Below the pieces are notes generated by a model. That model did not search any database, was not told the origin of the DNA, and was given only the letters and a program-made list of their open reading frames with translations. Below, piece after piece: positions 1-13,392 of a DNA stretch of 64,000 nucleotides. The position numbers were made by a program, and so were the translations under genes. How positions within the stretch are numbered: the first letter of the stretch is position 1; the number at the start of each line of letters is the position of its first letter. Source of the DNA: Haliotis rufescens (lineage: Eukaryota); contig NW_025964334.1 of NCBI RefSeq assembly GCF_023055435.1, positions 35,898,001 through 35,962,000 on the forward strand. Direction: 5' to 3'.

Positions 1-409
1 CTCATCATGTATTTGAATACTGGATGAGCCCCAATTATGATCCTTGGTCTGTCTGCACCATTCCTGATTTTCACCTTTAATTTAGTTCTGTTTGTTGTTG
101 ATACATGCATGCTGTTTCTCCCTCTGGATGGAGGGGCCCCAGTAAGTCACTGCACCATACACACATTTCAAGTCGGTGTGTATTGTAGGTTCATGGGACA
201 CATTGGTGCGTTCTTACTGAAGCTGATGGCATTGGAACCATTGCATGTTATAGATAGAACTTGTTTATCATATTCTTTCAAGAGGCCCTAACTAAAATGA
301 ACAATTACACTCTGAGAAGGTCAAAACAGCTATATTGATATTCTTGATGTTGCTAGTATTGTGGCCGCCATGCAGCGGAGGATGTTCCTGGATGGCAAGG
401 ACAGTGTTC

Positions 410-666
410 TTGAGATCCGGAATAGAATAGGTCTTCAGCAACCCATTCTTGCCGTAAAAGGTGACTGTGCTTGAGGCAACTAACGGGTTCAGGATCAGGT
501 GGTCAGGCTCGTTGACATGGTTGATGCATGTCATCGTATCCCAATTGTGTGGATCGATGCTCATGATGTCAATCACTGGTTTGTCTGGTCCAGACTCGAT
601 TATTTATAGACCACTGTCGCATAGCTGGAATATTGCTGAGTGCGGTGTTAAACAACAAACAAACAG
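410..666 (+). mobile_element. Family C copy
   Basis: Match to family C consensus with (AAAC)n tail. Confidence 0.82.
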
Positions 667-3644
667 TGTTCTTGATGTTCAGAGCTCCAGATAAGCTTTT
701 GGTGTTGCGGGTATTTTACCCATGCATTTTAAAATCATTGGGTATCAGTAATTCTATCTGCGTATTCAAATTTCTGTTACCCATTAGTTTTTACACATGT
801 GGGTATTTAAGTTGAATATTTAAAAACACTATTCATCCAGTCCCTGCAAACTGGTGTCGTGTGGGTTTGAGAGCTTTATAGGACTAGAAAATACCACGAT
901 ACTTCCACACGAAAGTGTGATGGCAAATGATCATGATGTGACTGTCATCGTGGAGTTTGGCAAGGTTGAGGGAATGCCTGTTTATAATTTCAAAATAAGT
1001 TGCTGATTTGCTAATCGAATACGCAGGGTTACTTCACAATATTTTGATGATACGCTCAAATATTATTTTTGTACCGTATCTGTAATGTTCGTTGCGTATT
1101 TGATATGCTTGGATTATATTTTACTGCGTATTTCTGCATTTCTGATGCGTATTTCACACAGATACGCAGCTTATCTGGAGCTCTGATGTTGGTACTCTAC
1201 TCCACTCCTCCCACCCTATCTCCCCCTTTACATACTGCCTATCATGGTTGTGTTCGGTGATGCCCAGAGTACAATGTTGACAGGAACATCAAGCGATGTT
1301 GGTGTTCCTTATGGTGTGCTCATCCAGTGTGGGGAGATAGTTCAACTGTTGAAGCAGTATTGCCAAACATGCCCACAAGGAGAACAGCCTGTAGCAGCAA
1401 CCATATTCATCACTGAATACAGTTATTCTTATGTGGTGACATTTCTAGGAATCTTCTTCTGTTAGGATCCTCCATAAAAAAGATCTAGTGTTCCTGTTTG
1501 GAGCTTCAAGGCTAAATATGTCCTATCTTCCATGAGTGTCGACAGAAGAGGCTAAAAGTAGGCATCTTGTGGCCTAGTGCCTGAAATATGTACCAACAGT
1601 ATCTCCATCTTTGAGCACAGTGAAGAGCCACTCTAACTTCCATAGTGTGTCTTAGACAAAGCTCAGGGGGTGTAAATAGGAGAAATATTAATGGGTCTTG
1701 GGGCAAGAACACTGTCAAATATACTTGTCCAAATAGGATGGCAACTTGTCTGGAATAACTTGGACACAATATCTCAACACCACTGTTTTGCTGTGTGAGG
1801 TTGAACTGTGATATTCCTGGGTTTGTACTGAAGGACATGTGCTACTCAAAAGAAGTTAGGACCTGTGAATGTCCGGGCTAGAATTGATCTTCAGCAACCC
1901 ATGCTTGTCATGAGGGGACTTCATGGGATCTGGTGGTCAGGCTTGATGACATGGTTGATGCATGTCATGAAATTATTATGGTTCTGTTCTGATGTTGAAA
2001 ACCTCCCGAATGGTGTGCTAGTTTTCTTGGGGTTTACTGCTGGTGTCACAAGAGACATTACGATTTTATTTACAAGAACAACAAACAATTTCTTAACTAT
2101 AGCTGTGGATGCTGCAGAGTCGGTTCAACCCTCTGGGCCCAGTGTGAGAGGTCTGCTTGGTTTGAGCGCCATGCAAACTTCTTCTGCCTAACATCTTGCT
2201 TCTCTGTGTATTTAACTAAAATTTAGAACAATAAAAAGGATTATGATTGGTTGTTGATACACAATGGGGTGTGCCCTACAGTTAATGAATAGCTGGACAG
2301 AGGGGAATACTTAATCCTGATGGACTGGCACTCATCTTGTTGACATATTTACTGGGTGCTTGGAAAGAGATTATGGTATCACAATAGACGGTACCCAATA
2401 GACAGGCTTGTATGGGGCTAATCCTTAATTAGTCTAAAATTGAAGTATTTGCTCAATGCGATTCTAATATAGGTGATGACAGATTTACTTAAATAAGATA
2501 GTTCAAGGCAATCTATAAAATAAGATAGTTCAAGGCAATCTATAAAAGTATGTTGACATAACTTTTATCTTATTGTCTGGGAGATGGGTTCTCGTAACCT
2601 TAGGCTAGTATCTATCTAAAAAGCTCTTACTGAAGCTACTAATATTTTGTATCTGCATTTTTCCTGGATCCTAATATGTATTACTTGCTGTTCTATGATT
2701 TATATGAAATTTTGTATAAATGTTACACCATGATAACTTGATAAACATGATAAAAGCACTTGCTGTGGATGTAATTATTATGTGAAAAGGTAGTATAAAA
2801 GTTATGTCATGATAATTTCCCAAATATCTTGATCGATTCTCTGTCATTCACAAGATTGTTTTGTCCAGACTTGATTATTTACGAACATCCGTCATATAGC
2901 TGGAATATTGCTGTGTGGGTTTAAACAACAAACAAAAGAAGTAAATAACACCTGTTTTTGTTTTTTTTCATATGACTATTGTTAATCTGTCATGAAAGAA
3001 TTGTGGTGTTCTTTAACTTGTTTTGAGTAGTATATTTGGACCAAGAAGAGGGTGGTCATGCACCATGTTTGACGTATCCTCGACATTTTCACATTGTACA
3101 TTTGGATGTGATCGTAAGTGTAAATAAATTGCAAAGCTAAGTAACTTGGTGACATGTTCTCCATGAAGATGACATGACAACTAACAGAAAGTACTTGACA
3201 AGTTATTTGCATTCATCTGCCGTTGGATCTCAATGTGTGTCCAATAATGCACTCCTCCTTTACAAGAAGCCATAGCCTTGCTTGAAGACTGTCTTGACTT
3301 TTTCATCACAAATGCTTTTTCCTAATAAATTGAGAACCTTGAATGTCAATGAATTATTCATGCATGTAGTCACACTCATTGGTAATCCCTACCTGACAAC
3401 CAGTCTGTGTTTTAACATCCAACCAAACTTGTGGAGGAAATGAACTTACAAATTGTTGTGTATCAGGTCCAGGTAATTATGTTTCAAAGGTTGTTTTCAA
3501 TTTCTGGAGGATTTTTAACTCTTCGTGGACATCAAGACTGCATAATTGTACTTGCCTGTCAGTATTGCTCAGTAGGTCGAGAGTGTTTAACTTGACGTCG
3601 TCAATAGCTGTAGTTAATATTGCAAAGACATTATGGATTGAATT

Positions 3645-4110
3645 CCCTCCCTCTCCTTTTCTAACTCACTCCTTTTCTCCAACACCCCCTCCCCCTCACT
3701 CCCACTCCTTCTCCTACTCCCTCACCCCTCCCTCTCCTCCTCACTCTTCCCATCCCTCTCTCCCACCTTCACTCCCACTCCTTCTCTAACTCCCTCCTCT
3801 CGCCCTCCCTCTCCCCCTCACTCCTTCTACTCCCTCACCCCTCCCTCTCCCCTACCTTCTACCCCACACTCTTTCTCTCCCTCCCTCTCTCCCTCCCACT
3901 CTTGCCTTCCCTTTTCTCACTCTTCTCTTCCCCTCCTTCACTCATTCCCACTCGCTCATCCTTCTCTTTCACTCCCTTCCTCATTCACTCAATCACTCTT
4001 GACTCACTCTTTTGCACGTTCACTTCCTCACTTTACAGCCTCCCTCTTTGACTCATTCATTTCTCCCTCCTCTATGAATTCTCACTCCCCCTCTCTCACT
4101 CAACCACTCT
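3645..4110. repeat. Pyrimidine-rich low-complexity tract
   Basis: Almost G-free C/T-rich sequence with CTCC and CACT motifs. Confidence 0.85.
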
Positions 4111-5699
4111 CATTTCATTCTAATGATTTTGTCAAATCAAGAATTGTAATTTTGTCTAATACTCATTCTCTGGATTTAAAAAAAAGTATTACTCCATTGA
4201 GGTATTACCTAGCCCCCCAGTGACACACAGTCTAATTTGGTATGCAGTGCTAAGAGCAATTAAGTTTTACTCTCTGAAAGCCATCCTTTAGTACTCCCGT
4301 AACTGTTCCGAAGGTAACGTTGGCTCCCTGAAATTGAAAAACTCTCCATACGGAGGACTTGATTGTACACTTAGGACCACTTCACAGTCTTCATGCGACA
4401 TTTGCTTTCCTAAACTAAACAGTAATTTCAAGCGACTAATAGCCTGCTCACTAATGTCACATATTCCTTCCATAAAGATAGTGGATTTCGGTTCCAATCG
4501 AAATAACATGGATCCTTTTATGAAGACCTGTCTGGCCTCTGACCCACAACGATGGACCAATCAGGTCAATGCAAGTATAGATATAGGCTAATTGTCTGTA
4601 CGGGGACCAACACTGATTGTTTTTGCATCTTGGCTTGAAGGACTAGCCATAGATATTACTGTTTGACATTGACGCTATGTGCGTCACTCATTGTGATATT
4701 GATTAGCGACACGCAATCCACTGTCATTCTCCTCCCCGATCCTCGTTCATTTCCTTGGTGTCGCCAATATCCACTCCTCCACAGCGAAGAACGCCTGGGG
4801 GAGAGGAGAGGCAGGCTCCCAGCGAGCTGGCATGGCAGCGTTCTGCCGCCTGTCAATTATGGTCTATTGCGGATGTGTACCAGATTAAGTTTCAGTGCTC
4901 ACTTGAATATTGGCCTATAGTCACCATTAGTGAATTTTTAAAAGATTTGTGTAATTGTCCAAGAACTGGGATTTCTACACAGTAGTATTATCTTGTCCAT
5001 ATCCTTATTTCCTGATTTATTGCTAAAATGGTCATTGGGAGAGTTTAGTATTGGTCTGACAATTTCATGATTAAGTGCTTTTTTTCTCTTTTTCCTAATA
5101 AAGAAATTCCTACCAATTTTGTCATATCTGGCTATCTAATTGGAAAGGTAAAATGTATCTATGTTTTAAAAGAAAAAGTCACTTTTATCAGATTTTCTCC
5201 CTTTTAGAACAATGATGAAAACACAAATATCAATACAGAACATGACAATTCCAAATCCATCAATGTCCAGTGATGTGGAGTTAATTCATCAAATTGATTC
5301 TGTGTTTAATAACTGGTCTTCAGCAACTATTTCTGTCCAGTAATTATTGGTGTTATTGAACTTTCTGTTGCCTGTTTAGACAACCAGTAATGCCATCGGT
5401 CTGGCCATTCAGACCTTCATCTACTCACAGTCTCCTGTGCAGGCCAGTTTGTATCAGTGGTGGGAAGGCATATAGTCTGTCACACAGACCCTGAAACAAA
5501 TATATCCAATACAGCCCATGCAAGTCTATAATGTTTGGCAAGTCTAGATTACTGCTGTATCATCTGAAAATGAAGAAAGTCTCTGGGCTCCTTTTTATCA
5601 TATTCTTTAACTATAATTTAACAACTGTTTTCTCTGTAAAATATGTTAGATGCTAGTCTGGAAGGCATACAACCATTCTGGTTTATTTCCAAGGCTGCC

Positions 5700-5872
5700 T
5701 CTGTGTCTAGTGCATAGAGCATCTGCCCGGAGAGCAGTAGGTCAGTGGTTGATCCCCTGCCCCGTCATACGATAAATGGTACTTGTTGTCACCCTGCCTG
5801 GCGCTCGGCATTATGGGTATAAACCAAGGACTGGTTGGCTCGGAGTCAGGATACTGTTTCTGAGTAGGGTAT
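5700..5872 (+). mobile_element. SINE family B copy (3'-truncated)
   Basis: Head and central-domain match. Confidence 0.7.
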
Positions 5873-7302
5873 CCACCCATTTGGTCCTGAGATTGACCAG
5901 CCCATTTTGTTCAGTGTATTTGGTCTTCTTTGGTCAAACAGTATCTATTCAGCACATATCGTTATTTGTGGTTTATCATTTAACAAGTATGATCAAACAT
6001 AAGCGAAAGTGTCTTAATGTAAATTTCAATTATTTGCATACCATCTTATTAGAAAAATTATTAACCATTTCATTAATTGATAAAACCCTGATAAGATGTT
6101 AAATTTCTTTTACTTTTCTTTTCCGCCATTAAAATACTTAAACCATCCTTGAAATGTAAGTAGAGTTACCTGCCCTTGTCATTTACTAATTTTTGGACAG
6201 AGAAAAGTTAACAATATTTCTTTTTCTCATTGTACATAAGAGAGCTAAAAAATTGAAAATGAAACTATATTATGATTTAATTTTGTATTTTCTTTAAGAT
6301 AATGTATGCTCAACAACAAGTATCAATATTTTTCAAGAGGGCACCTTGTTTGTTGCAGGGAATGAATGCTCATACAAAAATCCCTCTGTCTATCTGTGCT
6401 GTCTTATCACAGCTTGTTGGTAAGCACCTGACCTTACAATGGAGTGCCTAGCCAGGTTTAACGGTTGTAAGATCGAGTGTATGTGGAGGCAGAAATTAGC
6501 AATGCATGATATTAATACATACATTAAGGTAATAGCAGCGTGGAGGAATGAATAGGTAAGTATGTGTGCGGACGTACAGGCAGCTAAGCACAAATTGTGT
6601 CTTTATGATCTTGATCCAAATAAGCCATCATTACTGACGATAGCACCCAAAGTTGCATTGAGCTCATACGGAGGTCGTTGAAGCATGTAAACTGTTGTAA
6701 CATGGCCTGTCGTCTCTCATACCTCCACCCCATTAAATTTATTCATCTTCCACAAACCACTCCACTCTTCACTGACTGTGTTTTTAACCTGTAAAATACA
6801 GAAGAGGAATTCGGAGTGTCGTCCCAACACTAAGCCTGGCCCAGCTTTATGTTCGTGGTGAATAGACCCTTTGAAAGGCAAGGTATATGCCGTCTGCCTG
6901 GCTTTTCAAAGACAGCGTATATCTGTATAAACTGGTGACCTGCCCCTGTGAAAGCACCCAGCCTATTAGGAGGGGGAGCGAGTATATTCCTCGCTTGCTG
7001 GGGTCATCTCTGTGACCTCAAGCTCACAAACCCTATCCAGAGAGTCAATGGAACAAGGTTCTATAAATAGCCTGGGTTCGTGTGTTGAGATAGTGGTGTT
7101 TATTGATATGAGTAGAATACAACTGTACAGAAGTGTACCAATCTGTTGCTGGTGTGATTTATGCTGGCTTGGTTTTGTTGCTTGCAAGTCGGTCTATTGG
7201 TGTAACCTGTGTCCTCTCCCTCGTTGCTTTGTTTATTGACAAAAGGTGGACCATGTGATCACTCGATGTCGTAAAGGACTCCTGGTACTTATTTCCCAAC
7301 AG

Positions 7303-7402
7303 ACTTTTTGCCACCCGACAGATTAAAAGTGTTACGGCAGCCAGGGATGGAGTCGAGATGAGGCGGGGATAATTTTGTGTGTGCAGTCGGCATACGGGGC
7401 AG
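7303..7402 (+). other. Candidate non-coding (5'UTR) exon, possibly of the BCL9 locus
   Basis: tttcccaacag acceptor, consensus CAG|GTGAGT donor at 7403, locally GC/CpG-richer. Stops in frame and only tiny uORFs. Confidence 0.35.
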
Positions 7403-9579
7403 GTGAGTTCCCCTTGGTCTTCGGGAGGAAGCGGGTTGGACAGTGTGACAGTTCATTGTGGTCATATGGTGTTATGACTAAGTGTGCCCAAGTAGATGTG
7501 ATAATTTGACATTGATATTGTAGGTCATGTGTGGTGCAGGTGTTTACAGGGGGTAGCTGAGTGCAGTTCGCGGAGGAAGGGGCATATGGGGGGGTTCAAA
7601 TAATGGGCTCACATTTAGAAGCCGAGGAAAGGAACAGTTTGACATCGGTACTGGATGTGATGAAATGTGACTTAGAAGGGGATTTGGGAGCTGAAGGTGG
7701 AATAGACTCGCTGTTAGTTTAGTGACACTGCTGTTAGTTTAGTGACACGGTTTCTGTGAGGGGTTTCTGTGAGGAGTTATCGGATGGAATGGAGTGACAA
7801 TGTGAATAGCAAATGACAGGTGTTGATAACACTGGGGGAAGTAGGTCAATGGGAGGAATAGGAGAGGAGGAAGATACTAAGGAGGGAGGAATATTTCAAG
7901 AATACCCATCCCAATTTTGTCATATGTTGTAACTTTTGGGGATATAACAGATTTTCTGTTTTTGAAATCAGGTCTTGAGTTTCTTGAGGAATTTTAGTAT
8001 AGTATTTTAATCAAAGGGTATCCTTAATCTGTTAACTTCAATGTTGGGATCATGAAATAGACCCTTTATAACTTTCATTTTTAAATTCAAATAGTGTTTG
8101 TTTTTTTATTGTAGTTTTGAATTTAACTGGTGTTTGTTTTGAGAATTAGTGATGTTTGCTTAGTACAATGAAGTTTAATGATTAAGGCACGTAAAATCAG
8201 ATTGATTATATTTTTTAAATAAATAATAAAATTAAATTTCAAGAATTGAATATTTGAGTGTTTAGAAATTTGACTTACATCAGGTGAATTAAAATGTATC
8301 CCCTAAGAATTGTTTATGAACCATTAGATAACTGAAGAATATATGTGTCTGGGATTTGATAAACAGACATAATTTGATAACCTACATATCATTCTAAGTA
8401 TTGTTTGTCTTTGACATCAGTTCAGAACGGAGTCCATTTAGCGAAAATGTCAAAAAAAATTGTACATGTATGTTTTCCATGCAATTCTATACATAAGCAG
8501 TGGTTGGCCCCATACAGTCGTTACATTTAAGATTGGTGTGATAAATGCATCACTTAATGTGTTCCACACTTACCGATTAATGATCTATGTCATCAGAGAC
8601 AAAGAAGTTTCATTAAGGAAATTGTCCACAGTGCACAGGATATGTTTTAAGCTTGATACAACAAAATCAAACTACAGTCCAAAGTAAAAAATATTGATCG
8701 GAGAGAAAATTAGGATGTGTTATGTGAGGAGGCACTGTTTCATGAGATAGTTGGCACTCCAAGAGCAAAAGGTGCATTACGAGATTTATTGCGCTCGCCA
8801 AATGTGTTATATGTAATTGTAGATTTGGGTTAACACGTTGCCCTCAACTATGTTGAGAGTGTGGAGGTCACAGAAGTGCTATGTTGAGGCATATAAAGAG
8901 CTAGTGGGTGAATTTGGCCTGCATGGGCACCCTATGCTTCTTGTACTAGTTTATTGGCGTGTTTATCTGTCATAAATCTGTGTCATATGTATGTTCGGAG
9001 GTGAATAAGTACTACTGATTTATGACAACATGATATGACTCGTATCTCAGTTGTCAAGACAATAGCTTGAATATCATCACAGAAAAGATAAATACAATGT
9101 TTGTTCCAGGGGATATAGAACAATGGTTAATTTACGTGTTTCTTCAACATTTTGTATTAATGTTACAATTTGGCTATCAGTGATAGTTACATGATTTTAA
9201 TTTTCATGGTGATGTACGGTACCTGTTTTTGATGTTACAATTTGGCTATCAGTCATGGTTAAATGACTTTTATTGTCCATGGTATTGTACCTATAGTGTA
9301 TGTGTTGTATACGTCTGTAAGTCCTTATATCTTTAATTGGTTGACAAATATTTTTGACTAAAATTCAGTGTAGGTGTTGGAGGAGAAAGAAGAAAAAATA
9401 TGTTTTCAACTTCCTAATTAGTACTGCTACTAATGAAAAAAACCAAACTCATAGATCACGCATCATGGAAATATGGTCCAAAATGATCCCAAAAGATAAC
9501 TGATTATGTTTTTTGTTGGTATAAAGATTTTTATACACATTATTCACCATTTCTTTCATTTCAACAGCTTATTATAAAA

Positions 9580-9846
9580 CTCTGAAGATCGGGGGTAGAA
9601 TAGGTCTACAGCAACACATTCTTGCCGTAAAAGGCGACAATGTTTGTTGTAAGAGGCGACTAATGGGATCGGGCGGTCAGGCTCCCTGACTTGGTTGATG
9701 CATGTCATCGTATTCCAACTGCGTGGATCGATACACATGATGTCAATCAGTGGATTGTCTGGTTCAGACTTGATTATTTACAGACCGCCGTCACATGGCT
9801 GGAATATTGCTGAGTGTGGCGTTAAACAACAAACAAACTAAAACAA
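9580..9846 (+). mobile_element. Family C copy (full length)
   Basis: Match to family C consensus. Confidence 0.85.
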
Positions 9847-10785
9847 TCAGCTCTCCAAATTTGTCAAAAGTTTGGAATTTTTTAAAACTAATTTCTGTAT
9901 GTTTTTTTCGGTTGTGTTCATTAACGAAGTAAATAAAACATCTGGCCTATGGGGACGGAAGTAAAGGAGCATGTTACAAGGATACTCTCCCTGTCGTTCA
10001 ACTGCTGGTGTAGAGCATTCAGGGGTTAAGAGGGTGGTAATTTGTGTAGAAAGGGTCACATACCCAGGCTGTCTGATCAGAAGGGCCTGACAATTTATGA
10101 GCTTGTGTTCAGGGGTTACAGGGGACAAGCTGATCCAGGCAAGCCTTGGGACATGGGCTGACCACAGCCCTTGTAGAGGCTTGGGCTTTCTCAGACAAGA
10201 GGCCTTGGGAGGAGACAGGCCCTTAGTGAATAGTTTGGGGGACTAGAATAGGGGTCAGAGTAGGGTCTTTATTTCCCAGGAATTTGCTGATGGGGATTAT
10301 GGGAGGTTGTTTATGAGAATATTTTATGCAGTATGTGAGAAAAATATGAATTTCATTAAAGGATGCATTAGGGTTTGCTGATAGTAATATTCGAAGCACA
10401 GGTCCGTATTGAGTCTTGACAATTACCTTTGTGCATGGAAATTAGGAATTCTGATAATGTGTTCGGTAAATCTTTTAATGACCAAGAGACTTTCATCTTC
10501 TATTGGGTGTTGTATCTTAGCACAAAGCAGGAGACCAATGTGGCTATAAAACAGGCTTACACCCTCTGGTATGCATGTCATTACTCAATTTCAAGACAAT
10601 AATACTTGAAAACAATTGATGTTGATCCCATTTCATTGCCCCTTTTCTAGGGTTGTTTTGTAGGAGATTATTTGATTTTCTTTAAGATCTAGTTTGACGT
10701 TGTTATGTTTTTCATGTTTATGATTATTATGTATGAGAGTGGATTATGGTTCCTACGTTAGTTATTCAATATTCCACAGGTGTAT

Positions 10786-10964
10786 GGGGCGGTGGGGTAG
10801 CCTAGTGGTTAAAGCGTTGCTCATCACGCTGAAGGCCCAGGTTCGAAGCCCCACATGGCTACTATGTATGAAGCCTATTTCTGGTGTCCCCTGCCATGAT
10901 ATTGCTGGAATATTGCTAAAAGCGACATTAGACACTCACTCACTCACTCACTCACTCACTCACT
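10786..10964 (+). mobile_element. SINE family A copy
   Basis: Same head, body and tail as 40072-40243; (ACTC)n tail. Confidence 0.85.
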
Positions 10965-13030
10965 CCACAGGGGTAGTCGTCGTGAGGTAACTCCCAAATG
11001 ATTCACAATTCATTGGTACCATCATATACTGCTTAAAAAACGTAAGGATCACACATTTCTTTCATATTACTGTACTTAATCTGTCATGGCAGGACAGATT
11101 AACTATCATAATATGAAAGAATGGAGTGATCCATAACTATTTTAGTGGTATAGTAACATTGCTCCATTTTTGTCGTGTCACTGCCTTGGACAAGTGGACT
11201 TGTGGAACCCAGCTAAGACAAGTTAAAGAGATTCATTCAACACTACAAAGGGACATATAAACTGTGTATTGTTATGCAGGAGCCTCTTCCCCACTTGGAA
11301 CTGTTGCATTTGAATTAGAACATTACCTTTGAAGTAATATCATGGGTGAATTTGAAAGTGAGTCCGACTGCCTGGCTGTCTTCACCCACATTCTGGGATG
11401 ACAATTAGTCCAGCGGACTCGTATCAAGCTCTCACTAATAGACCTATTATCTTTGATTATCAAAAATTGGAGTTTGTGGAAGGGAATGGCTGTCTAATTC
11501 ATCTTGCTCCTGATTGCTTGGAGAGTGTTGTCAGTAGCCCAAATTGTGGAAGATGTTGTGCCAGCTGTTTGCTCGGCTGGATCACGACAACTAGCAGCCA
11601 TTGATGCTAATGATGAGCTTGTAAAGATGACACAATTAATCCAGGAAAGTAAAGAAGTCTTTGGCCAAGGTTGCCTGCATCGCTTGCGGTGTTTGCTTTA
11701 TGAAAATTGCTGTATTGGTTGCATGTACTGAAGAAAAATCAATTTCCCTCAGGATGATTTAACATCGGTAGCAGGATGGTAAAAATTAGATTGTTCAAAG
11801 ACGCACTGTTAAGACATCCTGTGGAATAGATATAGTTCCTTATGATACATTACCTCTATTACATTATAGCATAATTCCTATATTTTGGCAGTCATCACGC
11901 TTTAAAGCCTTTAGATTTTCAACAGATGCTCTTCACTGTCAGTTATCTGATAAGTCGTGGGGTAAACATTAGAATGTTCAAAGCCACAATGTAAAGACAT
12001 CCTAGGAATAGATATGTCATTAGTGACGAACGGATTTACAATGGCAGCATATTTTGACTGGAAAAAAAATAGGAATATGTAATTGGGAAGTTGGTGTTCA
12101 AAAACTATGGATGTTAGGCATGTATGGCCATGTTCTTTTATTGCAGATTAAAAATGCCACATCCAGTTTTTCTTTGCCAGATGTAAAAACTGTTACAGTG
12201 TTACACTGCAAATACTTCTTTTGATTGATTGACATGTCATGCAGGGAAGTTCACCCGAGGGCATATTTTGCCTGTAGTATTTGTATTAGGCGATAACTTT
12301 ATGTGTTTTCAGATTTGTGGGTGCTGTGAGTAATTGATATTCCAATTTCATTTGAGACCAGTGGCATTAGTTGGAGGTTTCAAATGGTTACATTTCCAGA
12401 CATTAAGTACTCAGGTGTATACCCAAATCAGTTCATTCACAGTGTTAATAGGCAGCTTATGATTGTCAATGGCAGATCCAGAGATGGGTTGCAGGGTGCA
12501 CACTAGACCTGGCACGATACACCAACTGTGCGATCCGATACGTAGGACAATACCTTGCTCTCTATCCAATATGTATCTCGATACTTGCACATGCTCTTTT
12601 TGGTGGTGGGTAAGCCATGTTTTTCATAGACAGGAAGGCCAAATACCTGGCACACGAACAATTTACTATTGGCATTTTCAAGTATGGTGCAATGGATGAA
12701 AATATTTACATTATCACTAGTAATTAGCGTTTGGTGTAACATTTATTAAGGAATACATTTAAGGTTAGAATCGATACTTTTTACTCAGTACTTTTTACTA
12801 TTGTGATCGAGAAGTAAAAAATCTGATCCACTGATGCATAGGTGTATTATCCCGCTACTGGTGCACACCTTCCCTTCATGTCAACCAATCATGAGATTTT
12901 GTTCATTTTGAGACTTGAGTGTAGTGTCCGCCACACCACTCATTCATCCCTGTTTCAATGTCCTTGATCTGTCCCTGTGATAATGATAACAACAGTAGTA
13001 TCCTTTCCATTTCCGTTACATGGCTGATAC

Positions 13031-13160
13031 GGGGCGGTCGAGATGCCTTGTTGTTAGAGCGTTCGCTCGTCACGTCGAAGACCCGGGTTTGATTCCCGAC
13101 ATGAGTACAATGTGTCAACCCAATTTCTGGTGCCCCCGTCGTGATATTGCTGGAATATTG
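13031..13160 (+). mobile_element. SINE family A copy, 3'-truncated and fused to an inverted family C copy
   Basis: Matches family A up to GCTGGAATATTG. Confidence 0.8.
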
Positions 13161-13392
13161 CAATATTCCAGCTATATGACGTCGGTCTGTAAAAAATTGA
13201 ATCTGGACCAGACAATCCAGTGATTGACATTACGAGCATCGATCCACGCAATTGGGACGGATGACAAACATCCATCAAGTCAGCAAGCCTGTCCATCCGA
13301 TCTCGTTAGTCGACTCTTACGACAAGTATGGTCGCCTTTTACGGCAAGCATGGGTTGCTGAAAACCCCTTCTACTCCGGATCTTCACGGGTC
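13161..13392 (-). mobile_element. Family C copy (tail lost at fusion with family A)
   Basis: Reverse-complement match. Confidence 0.82.

Noticed and set aside
2491-2547. Short direct duplications (also 7709-7748, 9162-9253, 21835-21885)
   Set aside because: Ordinary slippage duplications with no further structure.
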